Positions 1-13,266 of a DNA stretch of 64,000 nt are shown in pieces. The translations under genes were made by a program, and so were the position numbers. The notes beneath the pieces were generated by a model, which saw only the letters and a program-made list of their open reading frames with translations, did not search any database and was not told the DNA's origin. Every line of letters starts with the position of its first letter. The stretch's first letter is position 1. This stretch comes from Moniliella sp. 'wahieum' (Eukaryota): the NCBI GenBank assembly GCA_003971905.1, contig RSEE01000036.1, positions 310,001 to 374,000 on the forward strand, read 5' to 3'.

Positions 1-452
1 TTTCCTCTCCTCTTTTGATATCTGCCATAGCAGGAAGCCATACTAGTAGGAAGCCACAGCGAGCAAATGGTACATCGAGTCATTGCAGACAATATCATCT
101 CACAGTCGTATTCTTTTTGATCGGTTCCTGTCCGCTAGGGGTTCACAGGCGACACGCTGTGGCCTTGTTGCAGGGTGAGAACTACCGAAGGCTATGGACG
201 AGAAGGACAGACAGCGCATTGGTCAGGGCAGCAAACACAATTGTGTGATCCCATGTGATCTGTGATCCGGGGAGGACTTGCAGCACTTGAAGCATAACCG
301 GTAACCACTACTTACGCCACCTAGCCGTGGGTACTATTTCATAGTTACAAAAACTCTCAAAATAGCGCATGGTTCTGACGCAGACGCCTGCCGCCACCGC
401 CACACCGCCACCGCCTCCCCGATCACCCGCTCGCCCTCCCCGAGCCACAAGG

Positions 453-720
453 CTCCTCCCCACTCAACGGAAGATAGCATCGCGTAATGAAGTGGAGCCC
501 ATCGAGGGGATAGTCGAGCACGTTTTATATTACTGCACCGACTGTGCCAGGGGAGGAGCACCTGGAGCTACTTAGCAATAAATTCAACCGCTATGCTCGA
601 TTTCCCCAACGCTTTCAACACTGTGCGCCGTCGCACACTCGCAAACGCGCCCTACTGTTATGCCCCCCTCTCCTCTCTTCGAGCACCTCGTGACGGCGTA
701 CCTGGACGCAATTTACCATG
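453..720 (+). mobile_element. Degenerate non-LTR retrotransposon reverse transcriptase relic, CRE/Cnl1-like, internally deleted
   Basis: Colinear RT-like motifs across frames: LLPTQ (453-467), VEPI (492-503), LDFPNAFNTVRR (596-631) and LVTAYLDAIY (688-717, YLDD-like). The order matches CRE-clade RT (LLPxQ..GGVEPI..LDxxNAFN..AYLDD). The GVRQG region between NAFN and YLDD is missing. Confidence 0.65.
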
Positions 721-1985
721 TACTCGGTACAATCACTTTCAGTAGCTACAAAATGTTGCAGTGGTTTCTATTGTCATCAATGCTTCGTTGGGCCTGCGCT
801 TCTGTACGCAGCCGATGTGTCGCACATGTCAGTGGAACGTGGACGATCAAACATGATTAACATGATTTCCGCGCCTCTGCGTCGATGCGATGACGCTCGA
901 TGACGCTGGGAGGATCATTGATCGATATTCGCCGTCGGGCGCTCATGCATCATGCGCTATGACGCTCACCTGATGATCCGGATGGGCAATCTGATCAGGA
1001 GAACGGGTAAGGTCAGTGATCTAGGTGAGCGACTTTCCCCGCTTTCGTAGACCAGGATCCCAGCCAACCCATTGCGCCCGTCCACCCAACTCCGATGCCC
1101 ACGCGCCCATGCGCCCACGCGCCCAGCGCCCACCCCTCCGCCCAGCGGGGTTGGCTGTCCAGGAACAGAAACTTGCCTTGTGCCCAGGGGCAGCAGGGGG
1201 CAGCCGCCTTATTCGCCGTGTGCTTGGCGCGGGGCATTAGGTGGCAAACAGTGGCTAGTGGCAAGCGCCAGCCAGGGACCAGCACGCAAGGCGCTGCAAT
1301 GGACACAGGCCCGGAGCCAGTCCCAATCGATGATCCGTCAGCGCGTCAGCTTAGGTGACCGGTGACGGTGAGCGAGTGATCGTCGGCTGGGCACCTACTG
1401 AGTACCGAGTCTCAGTTTTGAGTTGGGTTCAGAGGGTGCTGCAGCACGGCTGCAGGCACCCGCGGCCCTCGAGGCGACCCACTCCCAGCGACTGCAGTGA
1501 CTAGTGACTAGTGCTAGTGACTGACTAGTGGAGTGGCGCATGCTGGGGACGAGGGATTAGGACGTTGCCCGGCATGCCCGGCAGCAAGCAGGCGTTGGCC
1601 CGCGTCGGCAGCGTTGGCGCTGCTGCAGTAGCCGTCTGATGCATGGATGCATCGCAGGCGGCTGAGAAGCTACTCAGTACTGCATGCTCAGCCGCTCAGA
1701 CTCAGTCCGCAGTCTCCCAGTCGCCCAGCCGCTCAGCGCAGACGCTGCTATAAGGCTCAAGCGCCCAACGCCGCGCGCCCCAGTGCCATGCGGCGCCCTG
1801 CCGCGCCCATGCGCGTCCTGCGGCATCTCGAGGCTCGAGGATCGGTGTGTGTTCGGTGTGATATACCCGGTACTGAGTACCTGAGACGAGAATCAGACTG
1901 GCCATACGCAGTACAGCACCACGCCGCTCCCATCATCCGCATCGGCTCTGCAGCAACCTACTACGCCACGCGGCCAGTACCTCTG

Positions 1986-1993
1986 TATAAATA
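1986..1993 (+). promoter_or_regulatory. TATA box upstream of the GH5 gene
   Basis: TATAAATA about 170 bp upstream of the ATG at 2155, followed by a CT-rich tract. Confidence 0.5.
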
Positions 1994-2154
1994 CCACTCT
2001 GCCTTGCTGCGTCGCGCACAGCGGCTACACCCAGGCATACGCGCGGGCTCCCCCTCTCGCTTCTCTGCCCGTCTCTGTCTCCCACTTCTTTGCCACCGCA
2101 GCCCTCAACCCCTCAAACCCCTAATCCATCCTATTCAGCCGCCCGACCGCCGTC

Positions 2155-4033
2155 ATGGCCTCGCCCTCACCCGATATGAAGCTCTCTGTCAACCCTCGTC
2201 GACAGCCGAGCCCATGATGCCCAGCAAGTCTTCTACCGCCATGCGCCCGTCCAAGCACAGCCGGCGGCGCCAGCACTGACTGGGGCCGCTCCGACTCCGT
2301 CTTGCTCGAACCCCCCCCAATCAACACACTCACGCCGGCTACCGCTCTGACAGCCCCGATTACCCACACAGCTCTTCTCGCCTAGGCGCCAGTGGCGCAG
2401 CTGCCGCAGGCGCGGCCTCGTCTCGTGGCCATCAGTTCCCACAGGACGACCCCTATGCTCTTCTACACCCGTCGGAGAGAAGCCAGTAGGTCAACGCTCT
2501 TGGCTCGCGTCTCACAAGAAAATGGCTGTCCTCTTGGCTGCACTCGGCTTGATTGTAGCCCTGGCTGTCGGACTTGGGGCCGGCTTGGGAATAGGACTGT
2601 CCAAGAAACACATCATCGACCGTGGGAATCGGCACCCCACCACCACTCTCGCAATCGCAATCATCGCAATCACCATCGCCGTCACAATCGCAAGCGCCGT
2701 CGCAACCCACCAGCACTCCTTCTGGTAACGGCCAACCCGCTGCGTCTCCCCTCGATAGCAGTGGCAACAATCCCAAAAACATTACCCCCCTCCCCTTCTG
2801 GGACTGGGCTAACAACAACCAGAAGGCGTTGGGCGTCTCGCTCAACAACTGGCTTATCCTCGAACGATGGTCGGATGAAGACTGGTTCACCCAATATGCT
2901 CCCAACGACTGGGACGAGTGGCACTTTTCCCAAACGGTAGGTGCCAACACGTCGCAGGTCCTCAATGACCATTTCGATCAATGGGTGACCGAGGACGAGA
3001 TTGAGACGTTGTACCAGCACGGTGTCAACCAAGTTCGCATCCCTATTGGCTTTTGGCCCTTCATCCCCCTGGTCGATGGCGAACCCTATGTCAACTCGAC
3101 CCAACTGTTCCACCTCACCCGTGCGCTTGGATGGCTGTGGAAGCGCAAGATGTACGCGGTGATTGACCTGCACGGTCTGCCGGGGTCTCAGGTACGTCTA
3201 CCCTCCTCCCACACACACCGACCCCCTCTACATATCCTGGGCGCTGGCTAACTCCTCCTTTTGAATCTTGTCTATCTATAGTCGGGTGATCAATCCAGTG
3301 GACTCAACACCACTTCTCCCGCCTGGTGGACTGACCAGAACCAGCAGCGTTCGGATGCGACGCTGGCGGCGTTGATTGACTGGTTGAGCTTCAACCCCTA
3401 CAAGTCGGTCGTCAGTGCCATCTCGCCGGTCAATGAGCCGAATGGAGTGTTTTATGCGACCGTCGGCACGCACCTCAACGTGACCGAGGCCTTTTACGAG
3501 CGGTCGTACACCACGCTGCAAAAGGCTGGGTACAGCATGTTTTTCCACCATGGATTTGCTCCTCACCCCGCCAAGTACTGGGCCCCCTTTGCGACCGGCA
3601 AGAACGCTTCGATGCTGGTGATCAACGACAACCCGTACCCCGGCTGGTTCCCGGCCGTGATGGATGAGAGCAAGATCACCAACCTGGTGTGCCAAATCAC
3701 TTCCACCTACGACGGTTTCCCCGTACCCATGGCCAAGACTGAGTTTAGCTTGGTGTCTGGCCCCACCGATGCCGGCTGGAATGCGCAGTATTACGCGACC
3801 CAAGTGGCGGCCTACGCCTCGGGTGCTGGCTCCTTCTTCTGGGGGTTCAAGATGATGAACTCCACCACGCCCGTAAAAGCCGAGCCGCCAGAACATCAGA
3901 TGCAGTATTCGTTCTTGCAGCAGATTGCCAATGGTGCTGTGCCCGCCATGGGCTCTCACACCTCCACCATGGACTACATCAATGCGCTTCCCAACCCGGC
4001 TTGTGGCAAGATGGCTCAGACCTACTCTCCTGA
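2155..4033 (+). CDS. Membrane-anchored glycoside hydrolase family 5 (exo-beta-1,3-glucanase-like); one intron; frameshift errors
   Basis: TM helix AVLLAALGLIVALAVGLGAGLGIGL (2525-2599) and a Ser/Pro/Gln linker. GH5 motifs: GVSLNNWLILERW, VRIPIGFW, IDLHGLPGSQ, VNEP (acid/base) and KTEFS (nucleophile). Intron 3192-3281 (GTACGT..GCTAAC..TAG). Start and end approximate. Confidence 0.9.
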
Positions 4034-5450
4034 CCGTTCTTTACTTTTTTTCTTGTGCTTTCTCACCAGCTTTCACTTTGATGTCCCTGCCTCTCATCTG
4101 TTTTTTGTGTTATTGCGGACGGGCTCCAAGCCTATCCGCTTTTCCCTTTTGCCTGCCAGTTACCCTAAATGCCTTGTAATGATTTTGTTAAAAAGTGTAG
4201 AGTAGCGGAGTCTATCAGGCAAACCAAAGGGAGTGGGTGTGGTAAATAATAGCATTGTATACCGCGAGGGGTCGTCCTACTTATACGCAAAGTAGGGAAA
4301 AGAAAGATAAAGATAACTCGAGCAAAGAACCTTGTAGCTCAGACCACCAAGTCGGTTAGCCCACAAAGCAGGACAAACCAAACCAGTGCCGAACCAAACT
4401 GTTGAGTCTCAAATCCAGATGATGTGGTCCGACACTCAACAAAAGTATGACCGGATCAATTCACGATGGAGTCAAACAAACCCATTTTGTCGTCGGAAGG
4501 TCTTATAGCCAATGCCGATAGTCGATAGAGTAGGGGAACCAATACAGTAGAGGGAGAATTGGAAGCGAGAGTGCATTAGTTGCAATTGCCTAGGAAAGCT
4601 CGCGCTTTTCTCGAGTGTCAAGTAAAACTCATCATTGCGCGAGCCCGGCGGTATGGTTCTAGCCGACGGCCCAATCGACAGGTTGAGTGACTAATATAAG
4701 TATGCAAGTGACTCTCGGCTGTTCCTCTCGTCCAACATGGACAATCGCCCGTTAATGAAGGCATGCCGCCTACGCCCGTTTTACCTGGTCTCATCATGAT
4801 GGGAACGCGCCTGTGCCACACTTCAATGTAGGGGAATTATTGCACCACTGTGAACTGTGAAGCTTGAAGCTTGAATCTCCAAGCCGTAACTAATTTGCTC
4901 CCCTTATTGTATCCCTACTGTATTACTGTACAGGCATCTGTATGGGCGAGCGCCATTCACTTGGACGTACAGTACTCCAGCTGGTATAGTACAGCAGAGG
5001 GAGGGTGGAGGGACGGGGGCCAAGTCGTGTGAAGTTCCAAGGGGGAAAGTAAGAGGGATGTCAGACGGAAACAGAGTTCAGAGGCAAAGCAAGCAGGACG
5101 AGGCAAATGCCGACCCCGCCACGAGGCCAGGCCCTGGTCTCGCTCTCAATCCAACGCAGCTCAGGGATATCTGCGCACGAGGGCGGAACAGGGAAACAGC
5201 GGCGCTGGCCAGCAGTGTTGAGGGGCAAAAAAACGACAAGAATGATATGAGATGAGGGAGAAGGCAGGTCAGGGGTACAGGGGTACAGGGGGTAGAGCAG
5301 TCAAGGTCGAAGGCGAGCATGCGATGTGGGAAGAGGACATCGGACGGACTGTCGAGCCAGGATAGCTGGACGATGGCGTGGCGCGGCCGAGATGAACAGA
5401 TGGAGCAATGCGGAGAACAAGGAGGCATGCACGGGATAAGAGGAGGGTAG

Positions 5451-8400
5451 TTAGAGAGCAAAGTTGGTGGGGAAGATGATTCCATCCCGACGGACGAGGA
5501 GAAGGCGGTGGGAACCGGGCCTGGGTTCCGAGCTTGGCAGAGGAAGGGAGAGACTGGCAGGCAATTTGCAGACCAGCTGGTGCGATGATGCGGCATAGAC
5601 CGTCGGTGCCGCGTGTAGACCCAAGAAGATGTGAAAATGGGCATCGAGGTTTTCGCCATGGAGGACAAGGTAGGTGGTACCTTGACCATCGCGGATGTCT
5701 TTCAATGCGTACACGCGCGGGAAATGGGAGATGGGAGCGACCAAAGAACTGTTGGCTGGCGCGAGCGGGACATCGTCTTTGGGGTTGGGGAGCGATCCAG
5801 TCGAGAGGGAGCGGGGCGGATGCGGGGTCGGAGGGGGCGCAATGAACGGCTCGCTGCGTCCTTTGGTTTCATGCGCTTCACCCGGCGCCACATCCCCCAC
5901 CAGTTCCGGAGGAATACTAAACTTGTACTCGGTCGTCTCGGCACCGACAATGCACCACACGTTGCTCTTCGCCACGTCCAGAACCCAGGAATGAATTTGC
6001 GCCGCTCTCGAATTCCCATCTTCGTCCGGACCATTGGTCGCAGCCAAACTGCTCCAGGACGCGGTGCGAGTCCGATTCCCCAAAGCGTCATTGCTCTCGC
6101 TATCCTCCCACCCCGACTGAACCCCCGACGCCCCACTCTCGGATTCGCAGTCGACGACTGCTCCTGCCTTCGTACTCGTGAGGCCCTACGGTCCTTTTGG
6201 TTTTGTGCCGACCAGGCTGAACTGGCGCGACGGGGGTGGCGGATGGGTCCGATGCCGTTCCCGGGGCCGCTCGGCATCCGAGCCTCCACAGATCACCACT
6301 GTGGCCCCGTGCCATCGACTCGGACCGGCGCCGTGGATCGCGTGCTGACAATGGGGACACCTGTTGGGGCCCGGTGGATCGGGGTCGCTGGTCGCACTGA
6401 CGCGCGGCGTGCAGGCACGGAAAGGGAAGGCGCGTGTGGGCGCATCGGGTATCGGTTCGACCCAGCCACTCCCAGCCAGTGGACAACGAAGCAGATCGCT
6501 TACTCCCCACAGCAGAGCAGACCGATCCCGATCCCGATCTCGACGCGACCGAGCTGGCGCGTGGTTTGTGCGGCTGGACCGGATGTAAGTCCCATCGCCG
6601 GTGGTCAGCCAGCTTGTGCATGCCAACCATGTCGTGAGACAGGCGAGGAAACTCCCGCTGGCGTTGGCCGGGCCAAGGGCGGAGAGGGCGGAAGGCGAAT
6701 CAGAACCAGAGGGGGGATTGTACAGCTCCAGGGCGAGTTTGTGCAATTGAAGTACAGGCGAGTCGGAAGGTTCGCGGCCCAAGCCGAGCCGAATCGATTG
6801 TACCTTCCGCCCCTTGCGCATCCGTTTGGATCGAGGCAAAGCCACCAAACACTGACGTTCCCTTTTCCACCCGCCGAAGCACCATCGTGGGCGTGACGAA
6901 TCCGGTCACCACGCACTGCAGTACCACTGGGCGATTGTAGAGCACTGCTTGTGGCAACTCGTGCGGCAGGAAAGGAAGTGCGTTAAGTGGAGGAGGAGGG
7001 AGAGGATCGTCGCCGGCCCGGAAGGGTGAACCGGTCCGGGGCGTGCGCACGGGGCGAGTGCCACCATGGGGGGTAAATTGGATGAATCGCTCCCAGTTGG
7101 CTTGGCCGGATCAACGAGGTAGATGACGAAAGGATCCAGTAATTATCGGCAGCAACAAACGAGTTGCCCGGCAACTTGCTCAACTCGTCCGGCGCGATCC
7201 CACCGTCCGTCTTGAAGCGGGCCTCGAGGTCGCTGCGGGCTACACAGAGGTGCTTGGTCGATGAGGCTTGGGCGCGCTGACGATGGAAAAGGGAGACGAT
7301 CGAACCATGGGTGATGAGCACTGTGAGAGGAAGAGAAAAAGAAAAAAAGACCCTTGTTAGTAGGTGTGCGCGCAGTTGCTCTGAATGGGGAGAGTACTCA
7401 CTTTCCGACCCCCGAATCGACTGCCGTTTCTTGGACGGCTTGGAGATGATCCGGACCGGACTCGAGGGAAAGGTACCGAGAAGCTTGTGCTGGCCTGGGT
7501 ACGCGCTGGAAGGGGCTGTGAGGACAAACTCGGCGTGAACGTCGCGCTGCAACGCGCGCGTCCTTCTCGCTGCTGGTCCCAGGCCGGGCGGCTGCAGCCA
7601 CTTGTGCTATCTCGGATACAGCCATCTGCTTAAACGTTGATTTGGCCAGGATCATTGTCTTCCATGCCTCTTCTGGTTGGCACACCGAGTTTGGAGGGTG
7701 GATGTCAACCACTTGGCCGCGGTGTTCCACCAGCGCAAGGGTATTCGGAATCCGCCGTCGACTCGTACGACATTTTGCACCCAACCATCAATTGGCCTGG
7801 CTGAACGGTTGGCGCCATCCTGGGCTCCCGCACGGCCTGCGTGGACCCATTCCGGTCGACAAGGATGAGCTCACCAGTCCGCCCGCCCACACCCATCTCC
7901 TTCGCCTGAGCGGGGCGGGAGAGGCGAGCGGGTGACCCAGTTGCTGCCCATCAAGAGCAGCATCGGAGGCGGACACATAAACCGTTTTCCACTGGTCCAT
8001 ATGACTTTTGAACCACTTTGGGTGTCAGGGAGCGAATCATGCGGTCGCCATTGCGCGAGCCGGCCGGCGGCAAGGTAGGCCTGGACTAGGCGAGTCAGAT
8101 GAGAGAGAGGGAGATGTGCGGCACATTCTCTCCGGAATCCGTGCATGAGGGGAAACAATCGACCCCGTTTTCGCACTTGAGGATCGGCGGCGAGAGCAGC
8201 ATCTGCAGAAGCAGAAACAACTGTCTCGGCTTCGCGGTGGGTTATGCCTACACGGCAGCAGCAAGGGAATGCGGCTGGGTAGTTGTCCAGGCTGGTTTGG
8301 AGGAGCCAAGGCAGATGAGGGGATGTTTTTGAGTTGAAGGGATTTGCCCCTCCCGACTGGGAAGGAAGCTTGCGGCGACGCCGGGGGGGCGGTGCTCAAG

Positions 8401-9684
8401 GGGTCGAGCGAGAGGGAGTCTCCGCCACTTTGGGATTGCGGGAGACTGCGGAGGGAGTTTCGGACGTAAGGAAGGGCGAAATATCAAATGGGTTCCCCAT
8501 TGCAGCAAAAAGGGAGGCGTTCGCGAGCATGGAGTCTAGCGGCCGCAGCACGGTGGGGACAACTCATCGGTCCCAGGTCCGACGGGAGCGGGACCGGGTG
8601 GGAAGGGTGCGATCCATCCCGATCCAGGGAACGGGCAAAATTCATGCCGAAGTAGGTGGGTTGTAGCCCAATGGATGATGCCTTCTTCTGGTCGGGACGG
8701 CGAGGCTGGGGCCGAAGTCTGGTCCAGAACAGTAGAGGAGAAGCGAAGTCCCGAAGGGCGGGGGGCGCACGCGTTTGGGGTGAATAGGGCGATGCGGCTG
8801 CGGGCGGAGGCGGAGTGACACCCACAGCTGACGGTGTGCTGACTGTGAGTCCAGTCGGCTTGGACCCGTGGCCGACCAAGTCGTGTTGCCCGCGAGGACG
8901 CCGACGACGTTGAATAACGAGTCAGATTCTGTCTCCCCATCAAATGCATGGGCGGGAGGGAGCGTATGTTGGCCATCAACGGCTCGAAGATCGAAAGAGT
9001 TGACGGTGGGGCGGGACGGAGGGAAGAAATGCGGACGGCAGCTCGGGTTGATTGGTTGTGCTGGAGGTGAGGTTGAACTGGAAGCGCTGCTTCCACGGAA
9101 GAGCCAGCGCTGTATATGGACGTTGTGTCGGCCAGGGGGGAGGGGAAAGATTCGGGGTGGGTGAGTGCACGTTGGGTGAGGCGAGGCCGGAGAAGAACTG
9201 GCGTCAGCCGAAGGGAGCAGGTCGAGGTGGGTGGGCGTAAAGAAGTTGGCTTGAGACGATGCAGGTAGGCAGGGGCAGATCAAAGAAAGAGACAGAGGGA
9301 CCCAGCGCAGGCGAGGGGGGAGCGAGTCGTGCTGAGCAGAGAACAGAGGCGACATGTCCATGTCAGAGTTCAACAGGTTTCGCTAGGGTGCACATCAGTG
9401 GTGGGCATGGCATCGTCGCCTGATTTCGCGGGAGAAGGCGAACGGAGGTGCGAGCCCCAGGCGTTTCCGGACAGGAAGAGCGGGTCAGGATCATGAGAGA
9501 ACACCAGGGCTTCGGCGCGGTGGATGGGGGGGGGTGAAGAGGTGGAAGAGACGCAGGGCGGCAAGGATGGTTGGGAGCTCTGGAGGCTAAAGCTGTGCCG
9601 AAAGGGCCCGGGCCGAGGGTAGCAGCGCACCTGTGGGGCCGAGGGGCTCATCGGGGGGGCGGAGCCCAGTGGTTGCGAGGCCAT
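5451..9684 (-). CDS. Fungal CSL (CBF1/Su(H)/LAG-1) family transcription factor
   Basis: LAG1 DNA-binding domain motifs QKSYG..KRFMCPPP (about 7960-8010) and TFPSSPVRIISKPSKKRQS. Beta-trefoil motifs HGSIVSLFHRQ, YNRPVVLQC, PVLQLHKLALE and WCIVG. C-terminal IPT-like LHGENL..LLLVRRDGIIFPT. Intron 7321-7401 (GTGAGT..CTAAC..CAG). Long Pro/Ser-rich N-terminus; start uncertain. Confidence 0.88.
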
Positions 9685-10549
9685 TGGGGGGGGGAGGTGG
9701 TGGAGGTGGTGGGGATGGAGAACGGAGGATGGTGCAGGGGGAAGGGATGAGTCGATGAGGCGTTTGTTGGCAGCCGAGAGGCCGAGGCGACACGCGAGCC
9801 GACGCTCCCAGTTCAGCCGGCGACGCCTTCCGGCAGACAGCGCAGGCCGCCCCCAGCCACACCCTGGCCAGACTCGGGGAGAGATTGGCTGTGTTGGGAC
9901 GAGACAGCCGGATGATATGATCTCGATGATCGAGATGATCGATGAAGACGAAGCTTGAAGCGGGCAGCCGCACTTCGGCTATACTTATTCATCTGCCTCA
10001 GGGGGAGGCATTGGCTGCGGGCACGGGCCAGTATATGGCGGCTCCGACAGAAGTGGCTGCGAGCGCTCAGCGCCCACTATCAATATATCAATGTCCGTAC
10101 TCAGTATCATCTCTCGGCGGGTTGCCGTCCGCCTCCAACCTCCACCTTCAAGCTCCCAGATTCATCGCACATTGCATCATCCATCCATCCGAACCCGCCG
10201 GCTAAACAGAACGCGGCGACGAGCGATCGCACGATTCCATAACCTTGGATTCCAGCAACCCACTGGCGGTACCCACCCTCTCATCCCTCTGGGCCCAAGC
10301 AGGCCTAGGCCGGTGGCGGTATGGGGGAAACGCATCAGCCGATGACACTGGGATGGAACTGTGGGGTTGGTGGCGCACAGGAACGGCCAGGCGGGGCACG
10401 GACGCAGCAGGACGCAGCCTGGAGGGGGACAGTCACGTGTTCGGTGCAACTGTCCGTTGCAATTTCACTTTGCTTGCGGCGTCCGCCGGGGCGCTTGTCC
10501 AGGCAGAAGCTCCCACGGCAGAAGCTTCTGCCTGGGCCAAGGCTGGAGG

Positions 10550-12719
10550 ATGAGACTGACCGTCGCCTCCCTTGGCTGCCTCTCCCCCATGCTGCCCCCA
10601 CCGCCGTCGTGGCCAGGGCGCCTGTTGCCCTCGGTGCGGGTGCCTGCTCTCGCACCGTACCGAAGGTATGCCACCGCCCCCACCAACCCCCCCTCCCCCG
10701 AAGCACACCGCCGCCTCGCCCCCCGCCGCCGGCCCAGCCAAGGTGCGCCGGGTCAAAGTGCGCAAGCCTCCTGCTGCTGCCACGCGGGAGATGCCGACCA
10801 GCGAAGCGATTCGGGTGATGAAGAAGGAGTTTGACCAAAAGCGTGCAGCGCGCGCCAAGGATGCGCCTGTGGCAGATGGGGAGGACATGGGCATCCGTTT
10901 GCTCTCCCATGTCCGCTCTTCGGGTCCTATGCCCTTTCCCGAGTTTATGGCCACCGTCAATGGCTCACGCCCAGAGGGCTTCCGTCGGCACTTGACCGAT
11001 GTGTCTAAGTACCGTAAGCGGGATTGGATGGAGCTTCCATTTTTGCGCAAGGCCTACGGTTTGGCTCTGGCTGGCTTTTTCCATCGCGCCTGGCTCGAGT
11101 TGGACCCTGTCTTTGCGCGACGCATGGCCGACGCCAACGTCGCCATGCCAGCAACGATGATCGAATGCTTGACTGGAGTCGAGGCCGAATGGGCCAAGAC
11201 CATGTTGGCGCACCAACCTACCTCGCGCTCAGCTCCAATGCAAACGCGTCTGGGTAGTGACCAACCCACAAGATGGTGCGTTGGTGGCTGAACTCATCTT
11301 GGCCATGGCGATGAGCCCTGCTTTTGGCAACACCCTGCACCAAATTGTTTTGGAGCGAAGAGGACTGCGACAACGCGACCAAGCGCGCGTGCTCAAGGTG
11401 GCAATTGAGCAAGCGCTCGGCAAAACTGTTGTCCCCATCCCCCCGCAAGCCTCTGTCCCACCGCTCAAGCCAAATGTAGTCCAGCTACGATGGGTCAAGT
11501 CGCTGCGCGAAGTGCCGCAGACGCCGGGACTGTGGACGATGCTATTGTCGCACGATTATCTGGGCTCGTTGCCGGCGCAAATGGTGGAGCGGTCGGCGGA
11601 AGGGTTCCGGGATGTGAAACTGACCCATGGCATTGGTCCCACCTTTCGCGACGCGGCGACCGAAGAGGCCAGTCGGGAACGGTTGATGCTCAAGCCGTTT
11701 GGCGCGCCTTTTCAGTGGCTTGGCCAACCGGCATGTTTGACCCCGTATTTATGGGTTGCCTCTCAACAAACCCGCGCTGCTCCAGACTGGCGTGTTTGAT
11801 GCAGGCCGCCGCATGGCCCACCTCATCTCGGGCCGTGCCAACGTTCTCCCAAGCCGATGCACCCGGTCGGCCATCGCATGCGGTGGGAGCCAACCCGTAT
11901 GGCCTGTTTGCTCATCGGCCGCGCCACTCGACCGTGCCGGAAGTAACACAAGGCTCGCAGATTGATCTGCGCGATGCCGCGCGCGACAGCTGGGGCGGGT
12001 GGGGATCGTGTTGGATCCGATGACGACCAACCTGCGCGCGGTTGCCAAGGGTCTGTGTGCGGTCAAGCCAGGCAAGGCTGGGCACGGTCCGGTGCTGCAG
12101 ACACCGGGCAATGCGGATCTGGTGGCCCCCGTGGACCTGGCGGCCTTTACAGCAGGCGTTAACGCGGTGGCGCGGACAGCATCGCACCCGCTGGTGCTCA
12201 AGTCCTTTGGACGTTCCAAGGCGTGCCAAAGTTGGTCCAGCACTGGCTCAGCACGCGCCGCGTGGGCGGGGTGGCGCTGAGCAAGCAGGAGGGGATCAGT
12301 TGGTGGTTACGTGGCATGTGCTGATCAACATGCGCTTCCGCAAGGTACCCTACCTAGCGGTTGGGATCGAAGCCCCGCCGTTCCGGGTGGACCAGTACCT
12401 GGCCGCGCTCAATGGCTACTCGCCTGTGCCGACAGAGGTGGAGCCACTGGACGGAGAAGGGACACGCGCGAGATTGCAGCGCGGGCGAATGAGTTCCCCA
12501 TCCACATTCCTCCTTTTGACCGCCGGACCCGCTGGCGGCCGATCGGCTGATCGATGGAAGCCAGTGCTGCTGGCGCTGGCGGTGGGTCTACGGGTGTCGG
12601 GGTATGCAGCCTTCTATTTTCTGCTGGGACCGTCCTCGCGGCCTCGGCCACGGCAGCCGGCCCAACCCACCGAGGCGGATGGAAGGGGGGGCGCAGCAGA
12701 AGCCAACAAGGAGGCCTGA
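10550..12719 (+). CDS. Divergent NDUFAF7/MidA-family SAM-methyltransferase-like protein, probably catalytically inactive
   Basis: Colinear MidA landmarks across frames: VRSSGPMPFPEFM, LRWVKSLREVP..WTMLLSHDYLGSLP, GFRDVKL, GSQIDL, GIVLDP and PGNADLVAPVDLAAF. Ends approximate. Confidence 0.7.
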
Positions 12720-13266
12720 ATCTGAACCTGAGCCTGAACCCGACCCTCTCGCCTTGCCCAACACTGAGAGCGAGGACAACGATGCCATGACACTGCAGCT
12801 CACCTGCTGCCGCGCAAGGATGGGGGAATGTAGGCCCGTCCCCACGGGAGGCCGGAGACCGCCAGCTCATAGTCCCGCACAGACAGGTGCGACGGCGACA
12901 GGCAGCGTCGTGTTCGCATAGGCAGATGCGTGCCTTAGGCTGGCGTCGTGCGCCCCTCGGCCGTCGCTTTCCGCGCCGGCGTCTGGCTGTTCCGGGCGGC
13001 ACCGCGCCAGTCTCCCAGCGCGGCTGCTCGGCCGCGCTGCACACTCGCCCCCTGCCCCCATCGCAGCAGCGCAGGCCGCATCCATCGCCAACCGTCACGC
13101 ATCAGCCATCACCCGCCACATCCGCACGCTGGCTGGCTGGCGGGCGTGCTGCTGAGAAGCAGCCGCGGCCGTGGCCCATCACTCGTCCCTCCATCCACCC
13201 CTGTCGCCGCCGTCGCCGCCAAGCCTGCCCCCCCACCCCCCTCTCGCCCGTGTCTGCACCACCGCC

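Noticed and set aside
5631..6896. 421-aa plus-strand ORF and many other long antisense ORFs in the track
   Set aside because: These are shadow ORFs opposite real genes in GC-rich DNA, with no recognisable motifs.
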